Below are positions 1-11,300 of a stretch of 64,000 bases of DNA, piece after piece. Position numbers and translations under genes: made by a program. The stretch's first letter is position 1. The number at the start of each line of letters is the position of its first letter. The DNA is from Cyanophora paradoxa CCMP329 (lineage: Eukaryota > Plantae > Glaucophyta): NCBI GenBank assembly GCA_004431415.1, contig QPMI01000107.1:62001-126000 (forward strand), given 5' to 3'. A model generated the notes under the pieces. That model made no database searches, was not told where the DNA came from, and saw only the letters and a program-made list of their open reading frames with translations.

Positions 1-1600
1 CCGTGAAGGCGTCCGGCGTGACGGGCGTGATCCCGAAGACGCTCTCCATGAGATCGTTGAAGTCGGTCTGCGGCTTGATGCCCGAGTTGAGCCCCGTCGC
101 CGTCGGGTCCGTCTGCCGCCCGGGCAGGTCCCCGTCCGCGAAGATGGGCACGCCTGCGCCGGGGGCGCCCCGTCGGCCGGCGCGAGGGCGCGGGGAAAGC
201 CCCGCGCACCGTTTGCGCGGGCCCTGTCGACGATTTGCTGCAGTTCTCCGACGGCCATCCGCTGCGGCAGCGTCAGTGTCGACGCGCGCGGGGCCGCGGG
301 CAGCGCCGGCGGCGCTTGCGCACGCGGTTGCGGGGCAGTACGACGGCCTTGGGGCGCTGCGTGTTGCTGCCGAGGCGGGTGGTGAGCTGCGACGCGTCCG
401 CGAAGGTGCAGTCGAAGCCGAGGCGCGTGAGAGCGCCAAACATGCCCTGCGCCCGCGCGTCGGGCGGCGTCGGGGGCGCGAGGGTGCGGCCGGCGCACCG
501 CCGTCTGGGACATGTAGCGGCCGATCATCTCTGCGAGGGGAGAAGAGCGTCGGGTGCCGGGACGGGTGTCGAGGCGCGGGGGCGGGGCGCACGGTCGGCG
601 GCCGAGGTCCAGAGGAAGACGATCTCGGGGCGCGGGTTGCGGGTGGACTTGGGGAGGAGGCTGCAGAACTCGCGCCGGGTGGGGCACTCGGTGGCGAGGT
701 CGTCGATGGAGTCGAAGACGGAGGTCACCGCCGAGAGCGACGTCTTCGAGAAGCGGTCCGACGTCACCAGCCCGAACCCCCGCTCCGCCTGCCCGCCCCG
801 CCCCGTCAGCCGCCGCCCCGCGCAGGGGGGCGCAGGGGGGCTCGGCCGGGCGCGCCAGGGGGAACCAGACGCGGTCGTTGAAGTTGAAGACGTGGACGCC
901 GATGGCGCCGGTGAGGACGGCCTCCCAGACGGCGCTGCGCAGGTACAGGCCCTGGATCTGCGCGCCGGCCCGCCCCGCTCAGCCGCCGCCCGCGCGACGC
1001 CTTCGGACGGCGACGGGCGCACGGCCTGCGGGTCGCTGGTCTTGGCGAGGGCGGGGTCCGTGGAGGAGACGCCGATCTCGGTGGCCATGATGGGCAGGCC
1101 CGTCTGCCAGCGGACGCGCTCGAAGGCCCAGCGCGTCGAGCGCAGCTCGCTCCCCGTCGTCATGTTCGGGTAGATGTTCAGCCCGATGAAGTCTGGCCGG
1201 CCCCGGCGCGCCCCCGGCCGTCGGCGGCGGGCAGAGCGGCGGCAGGAGGCTCCCGCGCACCGAGCTTGGCGTTGGCGGAGGCGCATTCATCGGCGATCTT
1301 CTTCAGGTCCTCGGCGTTGTAGCGCCAGTCCTCCGGCCCCAGCGGGACCGCCCGCGTGGCGTAGCCGATGACGTGGTTCGGGTCTGCGGGGGGGGAGGGG
1401 GGGGGGGGGGGGGGGGGGGCGTTGGCGGGGCAGGCGGGGCGGGCGGGGCGGCGGGCGGCGGGCGGGCGCACCGAACTGCTTGACGGTGACGGCGGCGTCG
1501 CGGACGAAGCCGGCGAGGGAGTCCTCGCGCCACGCGATGAGGTCCGCCCAGCGCACGCTCTCCCGGTCGTACGACTGCCCCCCCCCGCCCCACTCAGGCC

Positions 1601-1633
<33 letters not shown>

Positions 1634-2957
1634 TGGGGCGGGGCGGCGGGCACCTCGGGCATCCGCACGGTGGTGAAGGAGCCGAAGGTGGAGCCCCAGC
1701 GGGCGTTGAGGGCGCTGATGGCCCCGCCGAAGCGGCGCTGCAGGTGCAGCCGGAACGCCTCCTCCGACGGCGGGTCGTAGCCCTGCTGCCGTTGCGTCAA
1801 CCTGCCCCACCCCCGTCATCAGCCGCCGGCGGCGCCCCGGGGGGCGGAGCGGGGCGTGGGGGACGCGGCCGCCGCGCACCCCCCGATGTAGCCCATCTGG
1901 TTGCCGATGATCCACCCCCCGATCGTCTCCTCGTTGCTGTACCTGCTGACCACCGCCTGCAGGTACTCCTTGAACTGCGCCCGCGCCTGCCGCGCCGCGC
2001 CGCGGCCGTCGGCCAGCTGCGCGCCGCGGGCCGGCCGGGGCGCGGACCTGCGTGTTCTCGAGGCTGATCTCCTCGGAGACCCAGCGCTGCCGGAAGGTCT
2101 GCAGCGGCTGGATGAGGGCCGGCCCCGGCCCCGGCGGCGACATCGTGTAGCTGCGGTGCCGGCCCCGTGAGGCCCCAGCCGGCCCGGTGGCGGGGCGGCG
2201 GGCTCACACGCCGTAGTCGGGCACAGTGTTGATGGTGGGCGACTCCATGTAGACAGAGCCTTCCACCCACTCCGGTGGCCACTGCCGCGCCGTCGGCCCC
2301 CGCGCAAGCGGCGCGGACCGGGGCAGGCACCTGGTAGCCGATGATGGGGAAGAGTCGTATGCCGTAGCGCTTGCACACGCCTGCCGAGGCGCGTCGCGTC
2401 AGCTGCGCATGGCCGACGCAGCGCCGTTCGATACGCACTGATGAGCTGGTCCGTGTTGTTCCAGTTGAACTTGTTGTCTTCGTACTCTGCCACGCGGCGA
2501 GTGAGCGCCGCCCGTGCGGCGGGCGGGCGGGGCGGCCAGGTCTGAACCGATGGATTTCCAGACGAAGTCGACTCGTATCTGCCGGAAGCAGTTAGCGTCA
2601 CATTGGTCGGAAGGCGAAGCCAAGCGTTCATCGCATGCGCACCGAGTTCACGTTCGACATCATCATCTGTCGAACATCAACCTCCATTTGCAAAGGCGTT
2701 TGCCACTCGCCGACAATGCTGAGGCGGGGCGGGGCGAGGCGATTAGACAGGACGCAAGCGGACGGCGGTCGGGGTCCGCACTCGGAGATCGATGTCTGAT
2801 AAACCATGCCGTGAAGGTAGATCGATTCGGACGTAGATCTATCCACGAAGTAGCCGTCCTGAATCCCCAGAAAACCGGCCAAGCAACCTCCGCATAGCCC
2901 AGCGACGACCACGAAGGCGAGCGCGGCCGCTGGGCTGCTTCTCCTCCTCTTCACCAT
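1..2957 (-). CDS. Multi-exon glycoside hydrolase, clan GH-A, GH42 beta-galactosidase-like, with signal peptide/anchor (3' end beyond window start)
   Basis: Spliced translation gives MVKRRRSSPAAALAFVVVAGLCGG (signal), IRVDFVWKSI..EYEDNKFNWNNTDQLIS, YLQAVVSRYSNEETIGGWIIGNQMG and AFRLHLQRRFGGAISALNARWGSTF (GH42-type insert). It continues DFIGLNIYP, LPIMATEIG (nucleophile) and ERGFGLV, then a C-terminal ALTRLGFDCTF..KAVVLP segment resembling the GH42 trimerisation domain. Many short G(T/C)-AG introns. Confidence 0.8.
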
Positions 2958-3247
2958 GTCTGCCGCTCGCAAGGTCTCAGGCTCGACGCCTGGCCTGCAG
3001 CGGTCTCACCCCCGCCGAACACTGCGCGTAACTGAATCGCACTGCCAGCCGGTCGAACAACAGGGCGACTTCGTGGGGCCCAGAAACTGCGGGCGGAGCT
3101 GCTGGAAGCTTGGCGAAGGCCGACGAGCGGCTGTTTGAGCGGCCGGCCGTCGGAGGTTCGCGGTTCGGGGGTACAATGAACAGGAAGATGCTGCCCGCGC
3201 TCCAGTGTGATCTGCTGGCGATGTACTCAGCTAGGATAGCTATCTAG
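2958..3247. promoter_or_regulatory. Putative bidirectional promoter / 5' UTR region
   Basis: Only ~290 bp separate the divergent start codons at 2957 (-) and 3248 (+). Confidence 0.4.
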
Positions 3248-6200
3248 ATGGATGCTGGCAGCGATGCGGGGGCGCCCTCGACGCAGGTGCGCGGAACGGC
3301 GCGGTTCGGCGCCGGGCGGCTCTCGCACGGCGCTTGATAGCAGGCATGCTGCGCAGGAGATCGTGTCCTTCGCGAGGTACCTCGGCATCGATCCCGTGAG
3401 GGAGCCTGGTCTGCTATGGCTGGTGCGCCCGGTGGCCTGTCGGCTCAGGCCTGTCGGCTCCGGGCGAGTCGAGGCTAGCCTCTTCGCGTCGTCTCATACC
3501 TCGCGCAGGCGGAGGAGGCGCTGCTGGCCCCTGTGCCGGCAGGGTGGGACGAGCTGCAGGACGAGGGGGGCAACTGTTACTACTACAACAGGGCCACAGA
3601 CGAGAGCTCGTGGCAGCACCCGCTGGAGGCGCACTTCCGGGGCCGGATCGAGGCGGCGCGCCGCAGCGAGCCGCTCGCCCGCTCCGACAGCCGCTCCTCC
3701 GCGGGGTGCGCCCCGCCGGCCGGCCCTCCCCGGCGAGAGTCCCGGCCGGCGCCGAGACGGGCGCAGGGGCGGCGGGGCGGGGCTGAGCTCGCGCGCATCT
3801 TCGGTGCGGGGGCGGCTGGGTCCGCCCACGGTTATCCCCGAGGAGGGGAGGACGAGATGCAGGCCTGCCCCGCCCCGCCCCGCCCCGCCCCGCCCCGCCC
3901 GCCGCGTGCTGAGCCGTGCGGCAGGTGGAAGACTTAGAGAGGGCCTCGCGTCGCTCTTCCGCCGTCCCGCGGGGCCCTGGTCCCGTGCGCGCGCCCCGGC
4001 CCGCCCCGGCCCGCTCGCGACCCGCCCGGCAGGGTCCAGCACGCCCCGCTCCGTGCCGGCGGCCTCGCGCGCCGCCCCGCGGATCCGACCCTCATCGCCG
4101 TGTGGAGGGACCCCTTCGCCCTGCAAGGCCCGGGCCCCGCGGGCCCGGCCCGCCCCTCCCGGCCCCTCCCGCTCCCCGCCCCTGCCCTGCATCGCGGGGC
4201 GGCCGTCGCCCCGCGCTGCCCCCGCCGCCCGCCTTTCGAGCGCCTGGTCCCGCCCCTCCTCCGCCCGCTCCGCACGCTCTGCTCGCTCCGCCGCCTCGCC
4301 CCGGCCGGGCCCCGGCCCGGCCCCGCCTCCCGCCGGCGCCCCCGCCGCCGGCGTCGGGCCCGCAGCGGCGGCAGTGGGCGGCGCTGGCGCTGCAGAGCGC
4401 GTACCGGATGTACCTCGGGCGACGCTGGGCCGAGTACTACCGGCGCGCCCTCCCTCGCCGGCCCCCGCTGGCCTCGCTGAGGGGGCCCCCGCAGGTACCA
4501 GGACGGCATGTGGGCCGCCCAGGACGACGCCCCCTCCGCCCGCTCATCGGTCCTCTCCCGCCGCTCCCTCCCTTCCCTCCCCGCCGCCCCCTCCCCGGCC
4601 CCGCAGCCCCGGCCCCGGCCCCAGCCCCAGCCCGCCCCCAGCCCGCACGACCCCCCGCCCATCCCTCCCCCCGGCCGTCCTCCCCGCCGTGGTGCCCGAA
4701 CCCGCGCCGGCTTCTCCCATGGTGGCGGCGCCGGCCGGCTCGGCGCTGCGGCGGGCGCTGTACCCCAGCCCCGCGCACGGCGGGCGGCGGGTGACGGAGG
4801 TGCAGGCAGCGGCGGCTGCTCTCATACAGGCCCGTCCCGCCCCGCCCCACTCCCGCGCTCGCGCGCTGGGCCGGCGCCTGAGGGCCCGCAGGCCCTCGCC
4901 CGACGTTGGCGCGCCCGCCGCGCCCTCGGCCTCCTCGCCGCCCTCGCCCCCTCTCGCCCCGCTGCCCCAGCCGCCCCATCTCGCCCGGTGCGCCCTCTGA
5001 GTGCCGGTCCTCGCTGCCCCGTCGCGGCCGACGCGGGGCCAGCGTATGGCGCCCGCGCAGGCGGCCACAGCCATCCAAGCCCTCGTCCGTGCCCGCCGCG
5101 CCCGCCGATCCTTCCTCGTGCGCACTCCCCCCTCTTCACCCCGTCCCCGCGTTCCGACGGCGTTGGCAGGCCGCGGCGCGGCAGCGGCGGCGGGAGCGGG
5201 CGGCGCTGGTGATCCAGTGCGCGGCGCGGCGCCGGGCCGCGGCGCGGGAGGTCGAGATCGCGCGCCGTGAGGACCAGGCCTTTGGGGCCGTCCGCCGGGC
5301 CCAGGCGCGCCCCGCGGCCTCGCCCGTCCGTCCGTTGCAGTTCTTCTTCTTACGCGGGGCGCAGCGAGCGTGCGCGGCGCGCATTCAGGCGGCCTTTCGG
5401 GCGTGGCGCGCCCGGCGGGCCCTCGCCCCGCGCCTCGCCGCCCTCCGCGCCCGCGCCGCGCAGGCGGCCCGCCGCGCCGCCGCCGCCGCCGCGATCGTCG
5501 CTGCGGCGCGGCGGCGGGCGGCGCGGTGGCAGCTCGCCCGCCTGCGCGCTGCGAGGGAGCCGCGCGCGGCCCCCGGGCCCGCCCCCCTCGTCGACCGCGG
5601 GCAGGTCCCTGCGGCCAACGCCGGGGAGGAGGCGGCCAGGAAGCGGGCAGAGGAGGAGGCCGCTGCAAAGGCGCGACAGCAGGAGGAGAGACGGCTGGAA
5701 GAGGAGGCCGCGGCGAAGACGCGAGCGGAGGAGGAGGCCGTGGCAAGACGGCGGCAAGAGGAGGAGGCTGCTGCGAAGAAGCGGCAGGAGGAGGAGACCG
5801 CGAGAAGAAGGCAGGAGGAGGAGGCTGCGGCCAGGAGACGGGAGGAAGACGAGGCGGCGGCTGCGAGGAGGCGGCAGGAGGAAGCGGCTGCGGCGAAGCT
5901 GCGTCAGGAAGAGGCTGCGAGGCGGAGGCAGGCGGAGGAGGCCGAGAGGCGGCGCGTGGAGGAGGCGGCCGCTGCGGAGCGGCGGCGGGCGGAGGAAGAG
6001 GCGGCGGCGGAGCGGGGGCGGAGGGAGGAGGAGGCCGCGCGCACGCGGAAAGAGGAGGAAGCGGCCGCGGAGCGGCGGCGGCGGGAGGCCGAGGCCCTCC
6101 GGCGCGAGGCGGAGGAGCGGCTGCGCAAAGCGGAGGCGGCGCGGCGGGCGCGGCGGGAGGCGCAGCGCGGGCCCGAGGAGGGCGCGGCGGCGGGGGCGGC

Positions 6201-7419
6201 GGGGGCGGCGAGGCGGAGCGGCGGCTGCGCGAGGCGGCGGAGGCGGCCGCGGCGGGGGAGATCGAGCGGCGGAAGCGCGAGGTGGCGGCCGAGGAGGCCG
6301 AGGCTCGCCGCCGCGAGGCGAAGCGCGCCGCTGCGGAGGAGGAGCGGCGCCGCCGCGAGGCGGCCGCGCGCACCCGCCCCCGCCCCGCCCCTCCCCCGCC
6401 CCCGCCCCCGCGCTTGGACAGCCCCAGCTCCGCGTGCGCCCAGACCACGCCGTGCCTGTTTTGCGGGCCCCTCGTGACGCCGGCGCAGGGGGTCGGCCTT
6501 CGAGGAGGGAGAGGGCCTCGCGCCCCGCACGCAAGGCCGCCTCGGCCCGCAGGCCCCCGCGGCGCGCCCCGGCCAGCCCCTGCGCCCGGCCGGCCGCCCG
6601 CGCCCCGGGGTGGCCTCGGGCTGGGGCCCCTGCCGCCGCCCGAGGAGGCCGACACGTGGCCGCCGCCGCCGCCGCCGCCCGGCGGGACGCGCGCACGTCG
6701 CTGGCGCTGCGACACCGGATGCACGTCGCGCGGGCCCGCGACTCGCGCTCAGAGCCGCCGCCCGACCTCTTCAGCCCCGCCGCCCGCGGCGGCCGCCCGG
6801 GCACCAACCCCGACGGGCGCGCCCTCGCCTTCGGACACGGCAGGGGCCCGACCCCTTCCCGCCCCCGAGGCCCCGCTCGCCGCCGCCGGCTCGGGGCTCG
6901 CCGCCGTGCAGGCCTCGCGCGGGCCCGCCCGCCTTCTTACGAACCGACCCACGTCTGCCCCCTCCGCCCCGCCCCAAGCTGCCCACGCGGCTGCTGACGT
7001 TGCCTGCGCAGCTGCGGCCCGTGCCGGGGGGTCCCCTGCCGCCGGCGCCGCTCCAGGGGCCCAACGCGGCGCCTGCGCTGCGCGGCGCCTTTGCGGAGGC
7101 GCTGCGTTCCGCGGCGGGGACGATGGGGCCCCGCCCCGCCCTCCGGCCCTCGCCCACGCCCCCGCCCCGCCCCGCGCCGCCCCCCGCCCTCGGCGCGCCC
7201 TTCTTGCCCGACGCCGCACCTGGCGGGAAGGGGCGGATCGTCGGCGGCAACGCGCTACCGCACTCCGGAAGCGGCGCGGGCCGCCCCGCGGCGTCCGAGC
7301 TGCCGGCTGCGGACCCGGGGCCGGGCCGGTGGCCTCCCGCCGCCCCGCGCATCGTGCAGCCCGGGAACGTGGGGCCAGATGCCCGCCAGCCTATCTTAGG
7401 TACGCTGCTGTTCTCGTGA
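3248..7419 (+). CDS. Multi-exon WW-domain (CEP164 N-terminus-like) protein with multiple IQ motifs and an E/R/A-rich charged helix
   Basis: ATG at 3248 and intron 3287-3356 give EIVSFARYLGIDPVREPGLLWL|AEEALLAPVPAGWDELQDEGGNCYYYNRATDESSWQHPLE, the CEP164-type helix plus WW domain. IQ-like motifs: ALQSAYRMYLGRR, AIQALVRARRARR, VIQCAARRRAAAR, RIQAAFRAWRARR. EEEAAARRRQ repeats at ~5620-6370. The 3' end is approximate. Confidence 0.7.
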
Positions 7420-8321
7420 CTCGTCTTCAGCGAGGGTATCCCTCTAGATCTTGAGAGTTGTAGATGTGTAGGTTCTTGTTTTCTTTCAAATTCCGTTCAA
7501 CGGTTCCAATTGAAGCTTGGCTCATGATCAGCGCGGCTTGCGACGGGGCACCACGCCGTGACGGTGATCCATTGATCATGAGTAGCACTGCGGCAGATAT
7601 CATAGTATCGATCCGCGATCTAGATCTAGAGCCTCGGAGTGGCCCATATATCTCAGAGCCTCCAGCTCGGACTGGAGCGACTGCTAGGCTCGTGATCAGC
7701 GGCTGGCCCCTGGCCTCGCGGGGCCGACCGTCGGACCGCCGCGACCTTTCAAGTTTTAGGGCCCACTGAACTGTTCCGGAGCCTCGGAGATGAGAGTCAC
7801 TTTTTACACAGTCTCTCAGAGTCTCGCCCGCCACTGGGCCATTTTACTCAGTCTCGTACTCACACGGTCAAACTTAAAGGCTTGAGAGGAAGTTGAGACT
7901 TCACAGTTAATAGGGATATGGAAGCCTTAGAAACTTGTTTTATTGATCTCAGATTCACCGCCACAATACTGGGGCATTCTTCTTTGAAAAGCACTACGGG
8001 AACTGAACACAAAGACTACGCCACGATACCGATGATACCTGTCGAGCGGATGAAGGTACGGGAATTCGCAAAATAACTCAGAGAAATTGTGAATAGGCTC
8101 TCTAAAAAGTACATAGAGTTTCTGCAGGCGTATCTCTACACTCTTATAAAGCTGCGCGCACTAAGTTCTCCTGAAAACGATTGCACTACGTACAGTGACC
8201 CAAGCCTGCTCGCGAGCGGGGCGCCCTCTCCACGGGGCGGCCGCGCGCGGGGCGGCCTGGCCTACGGAAGAGGCTGCACAGGGCCCTAGGGGGGCGGGGG
8301 CGGGGGCGGGGGCCCGCCCCC

Positions 8322-11300
8322 TCAGACGAAGACGTGGACGTTGAGGTTCTTGGCGGAGGGGGCGTAGGGGACGCCGTGGTCCCCGGCGCGGCGCGCGGCG
8401 ATGCGCTTGTGGCGCGCGTAGACGCGGTTGGGGTCGGCGCCGCGGCGGGCGGCCTCGCCGAGGGCGGCGGCGGCGGCGGTGTCGTCGAGGAACGAGTCGT
8501 CCGAGGAGACCGAGTCCCACGTCCCCTCCGCGATGTCCCGCGCGTCCGCCGCCTGCTGCGCCGCCCGCGAGATCGCCGCCCGCGAGTACGGCTGCAGCCC
8601 GAACGACCCCGGGCCCGGGATGGCGACCGGCGGCTGCCGGTTGACGCGCCGGCCCTGCGCGTCGAAGACGTTCGTGGTGGTCTCGGGGCGGGCAAAGGGG
8701 TAGTGGCGCAGGTCCTCGTCGTCGGTCGACTCGAGCACGCGCGCCGCCGCCCCGATGAGCTCGCTCGCCGAGGCCCCGCGGCGCACGCCGGGCGCCCCGC
8801 CGGCGGGGCGGCGCTGGCGGGGGCCCTCCTCCTCCTCGGGCGCCAGGTCCCACTGGCGGTAGCGCGAGGCGTTCATCGCCCGCTGGTCCGCCTCCCGCTT
8901 CGCCCGGCGCCGCACGTCGAGGTGCTCGACGAGCTGCCCGTTGACGAGCTCGGGGCGCACGCGGGGGCGCTGCTTGGCCGCCTCGTCCCACGGGAGGCCG
9001 CTCGGGGCCGGGGCGACCATGCCGCCGACGCCCCCGCCGTCGTCCGAGGCGTCGTCGCCGAAGAAGGCGGCCCCGCCCTCCTCGTCGTCCGACATGTGCG
9101 CCTTGGAGCCCGGCGTGGGGGGGAACTGGGCCTTCTGCGGCGACCCGCCGAAGATGGCGTAGCCGGAGCGGGGGTGGACGTGGCGGCGGAGGCGCGTGCC
9201 GAGCTTGCCGACCTCGCGGTGCACGGCCTCCAGCGAGGCGGTGAGGAGCGGCACGCCGATCTGGAAGCGCTCGTGCTCCTTGACCTGCACGTTGAACTCG
9301 TTGCGCAGGTCGATGAGGCCCTGCCCGACAAGCATGAGCCGCTCCGAGATGGAGGGCAGCGCCAGCTCCGCCCCGACGCCCTGCGTCCACTGCGGCCTGC
9401 GCGCGCGCAAGTCTCAGCGGGGCGGGGCGGGGCGGGGCGGGGCGGGGCACCCGCGGGGGTCGAAGAGGAGAATCACAGCGATGGCCTCGGCGAGGAAGCG
9501 GGTGAGGAGGAGCACGATGATCCCCTCGATGACCTTGGGCGCCGTGTCGTAGAACCAGAGCAGCCGCGTGCGGAAGCCGGCGACGCCCTTCTTGAACTTC
9601 CCCCACGCCGACTTGCGGGTGTTGCGCAGCGCCTCGGGGTTGAGGGAGAGGCTCTTGACGAGGCTCTGCCGGCGGTTCTTCTGGAAGAGGGCGGCGGCGA
9701 CGAGGGCCTTGGCCTGGATGGACGAGCGGCGCTGGGTCTTGAGCTTGGAGATGGCCTTGCCGGCCTCGTCGACCATCAGTTCCTCCTCGTCCTGCCCCGA
9801 GAGCGCCGTCCCCTGGAAGTTGGTCTCGACCAGCTGCCCGTCCATCGTCGCCGCCTGCGACGAGACCGTCTGCTGCGCCCCCAGGTCCGTCGAGATGCCC
9901 CCCACGAGCTTGCCCCCCGAGATCGAGATCGGGTTCTTCTTGCGCGTGAACTTGGCGCGCTTCAGCTGCCGCTTGATCTTCGTGAAGAAGCGCTTGCGGA
10001 ACGCGATGAGGTCGATCTGGTACAGCAGCCGCACGTACTCCATGTTGTACCCCGCGACTGCAGCCGGGCCGTCAGGTGCGGCTCGGCGGGGGCAGAGGAG
10101 GGGCGGACGCACTCGGCAGGCTCCCCGGGTTGAACAAGAAGAGCACGAGGAAGTCTGGGGCGGGGGCGCGGGGCGCGGGGCGCGGTCAGCAGGCGGAACG
10201 GATCGAAGGCAAGGAGCGGGCGGCGGGCGCACTGGAGAGGAAGATGAGGTAGACGGGGACCATGCCGTTGTCGAAGATGGCGTTGTAGTTGGCCTGCGCG
10301 ATTCCGATCCCCGGGTTGCGGAGGGTCATCTCGGTGACGACGGAGCACTGGGAGAGGACGACGAGCATGATGGAGAAGAAGAAGTGGGAGCTCGTGTACG
10401 TGTCCAGCGTCTCCACGATGTTGATGTGGGAGAGCCCGAAGGCGCGCCCCGAGGCGATGTACGAGGCCTGCGAGAGGAGCCCGTTCCAGAAGCCGGCCGC
10501 CGACGTGATCATGTGGAAGAGGTGGAAGGCCGTCATCGGGCCGAACCACTTCGCCGTCTTGATCGTCCCCTTGATGATCCCCTCCTCCAGCACCAGCTCG
10601 CACATCAGGGGCACCGTCATCGGCAGCCCCAGGTACACGTACTGTGCACAGACAGGCGGCCGCGTCAGGCGAGGGCGGGGCGGGGCGGGGCGGGGGTGGC
10701 GGACCCAGGGGAACACGAAGGCGGAGGTCCAGATGTCGGAGCGGTTGGTGCCGACCGTCAGCATCGGCACGAATGTGAGGGCCTTGGAGAGCGCCAGGAT
10801 GAGGATGCCGTACCTGCGTGCCGCCGCCGCGGGTCAGAGCGGCAGCGGGGGAGGCGGGAGGGGCGGGGCGGGGCGGGGAGGCACTTGAGGAGGAAGCCGG
10901 ACTTGAAGAACTGGTGGACGGTGGTGGCGAAGAGGAACTCGCGCTTGATCATGCCGATGTTCGTGCACGTCATCAGGTACTGGTACTCGCGCGACATCGA
11001 CACCTGCGCGCCGCCCTGCGAGATCTTCGTGTAGAACTTGGTCGACGAGAGCATCGAGCAGTCGCGGGCCTTCCCCGCCTGCAAGTACTCCACGTGCAGG
11101 CTTCGGTACCCGTGCAGGTGCTGCCCGCCGGCGCCCCCGTCGGCAACGGGGCGGGGCGGAGGGAGAAGCGGGGCGGCTGTTGGGAGCGGGGGCGCACGCA
11201 GTATATGCCCATGAAGATGTCCTCGGACACGTAGCTGGGGCACGAGAGGCCGCTGTGCGTTCGGATGTAACGCGCGTCGATCAGCTGCGCGCGCGGCCCC

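Noticed and set aside
1387-1419. Long poly-G run (also 22955-23035)
   Set aside because: Intronic or low-complexity tract of unreliable length; no function can be supported.
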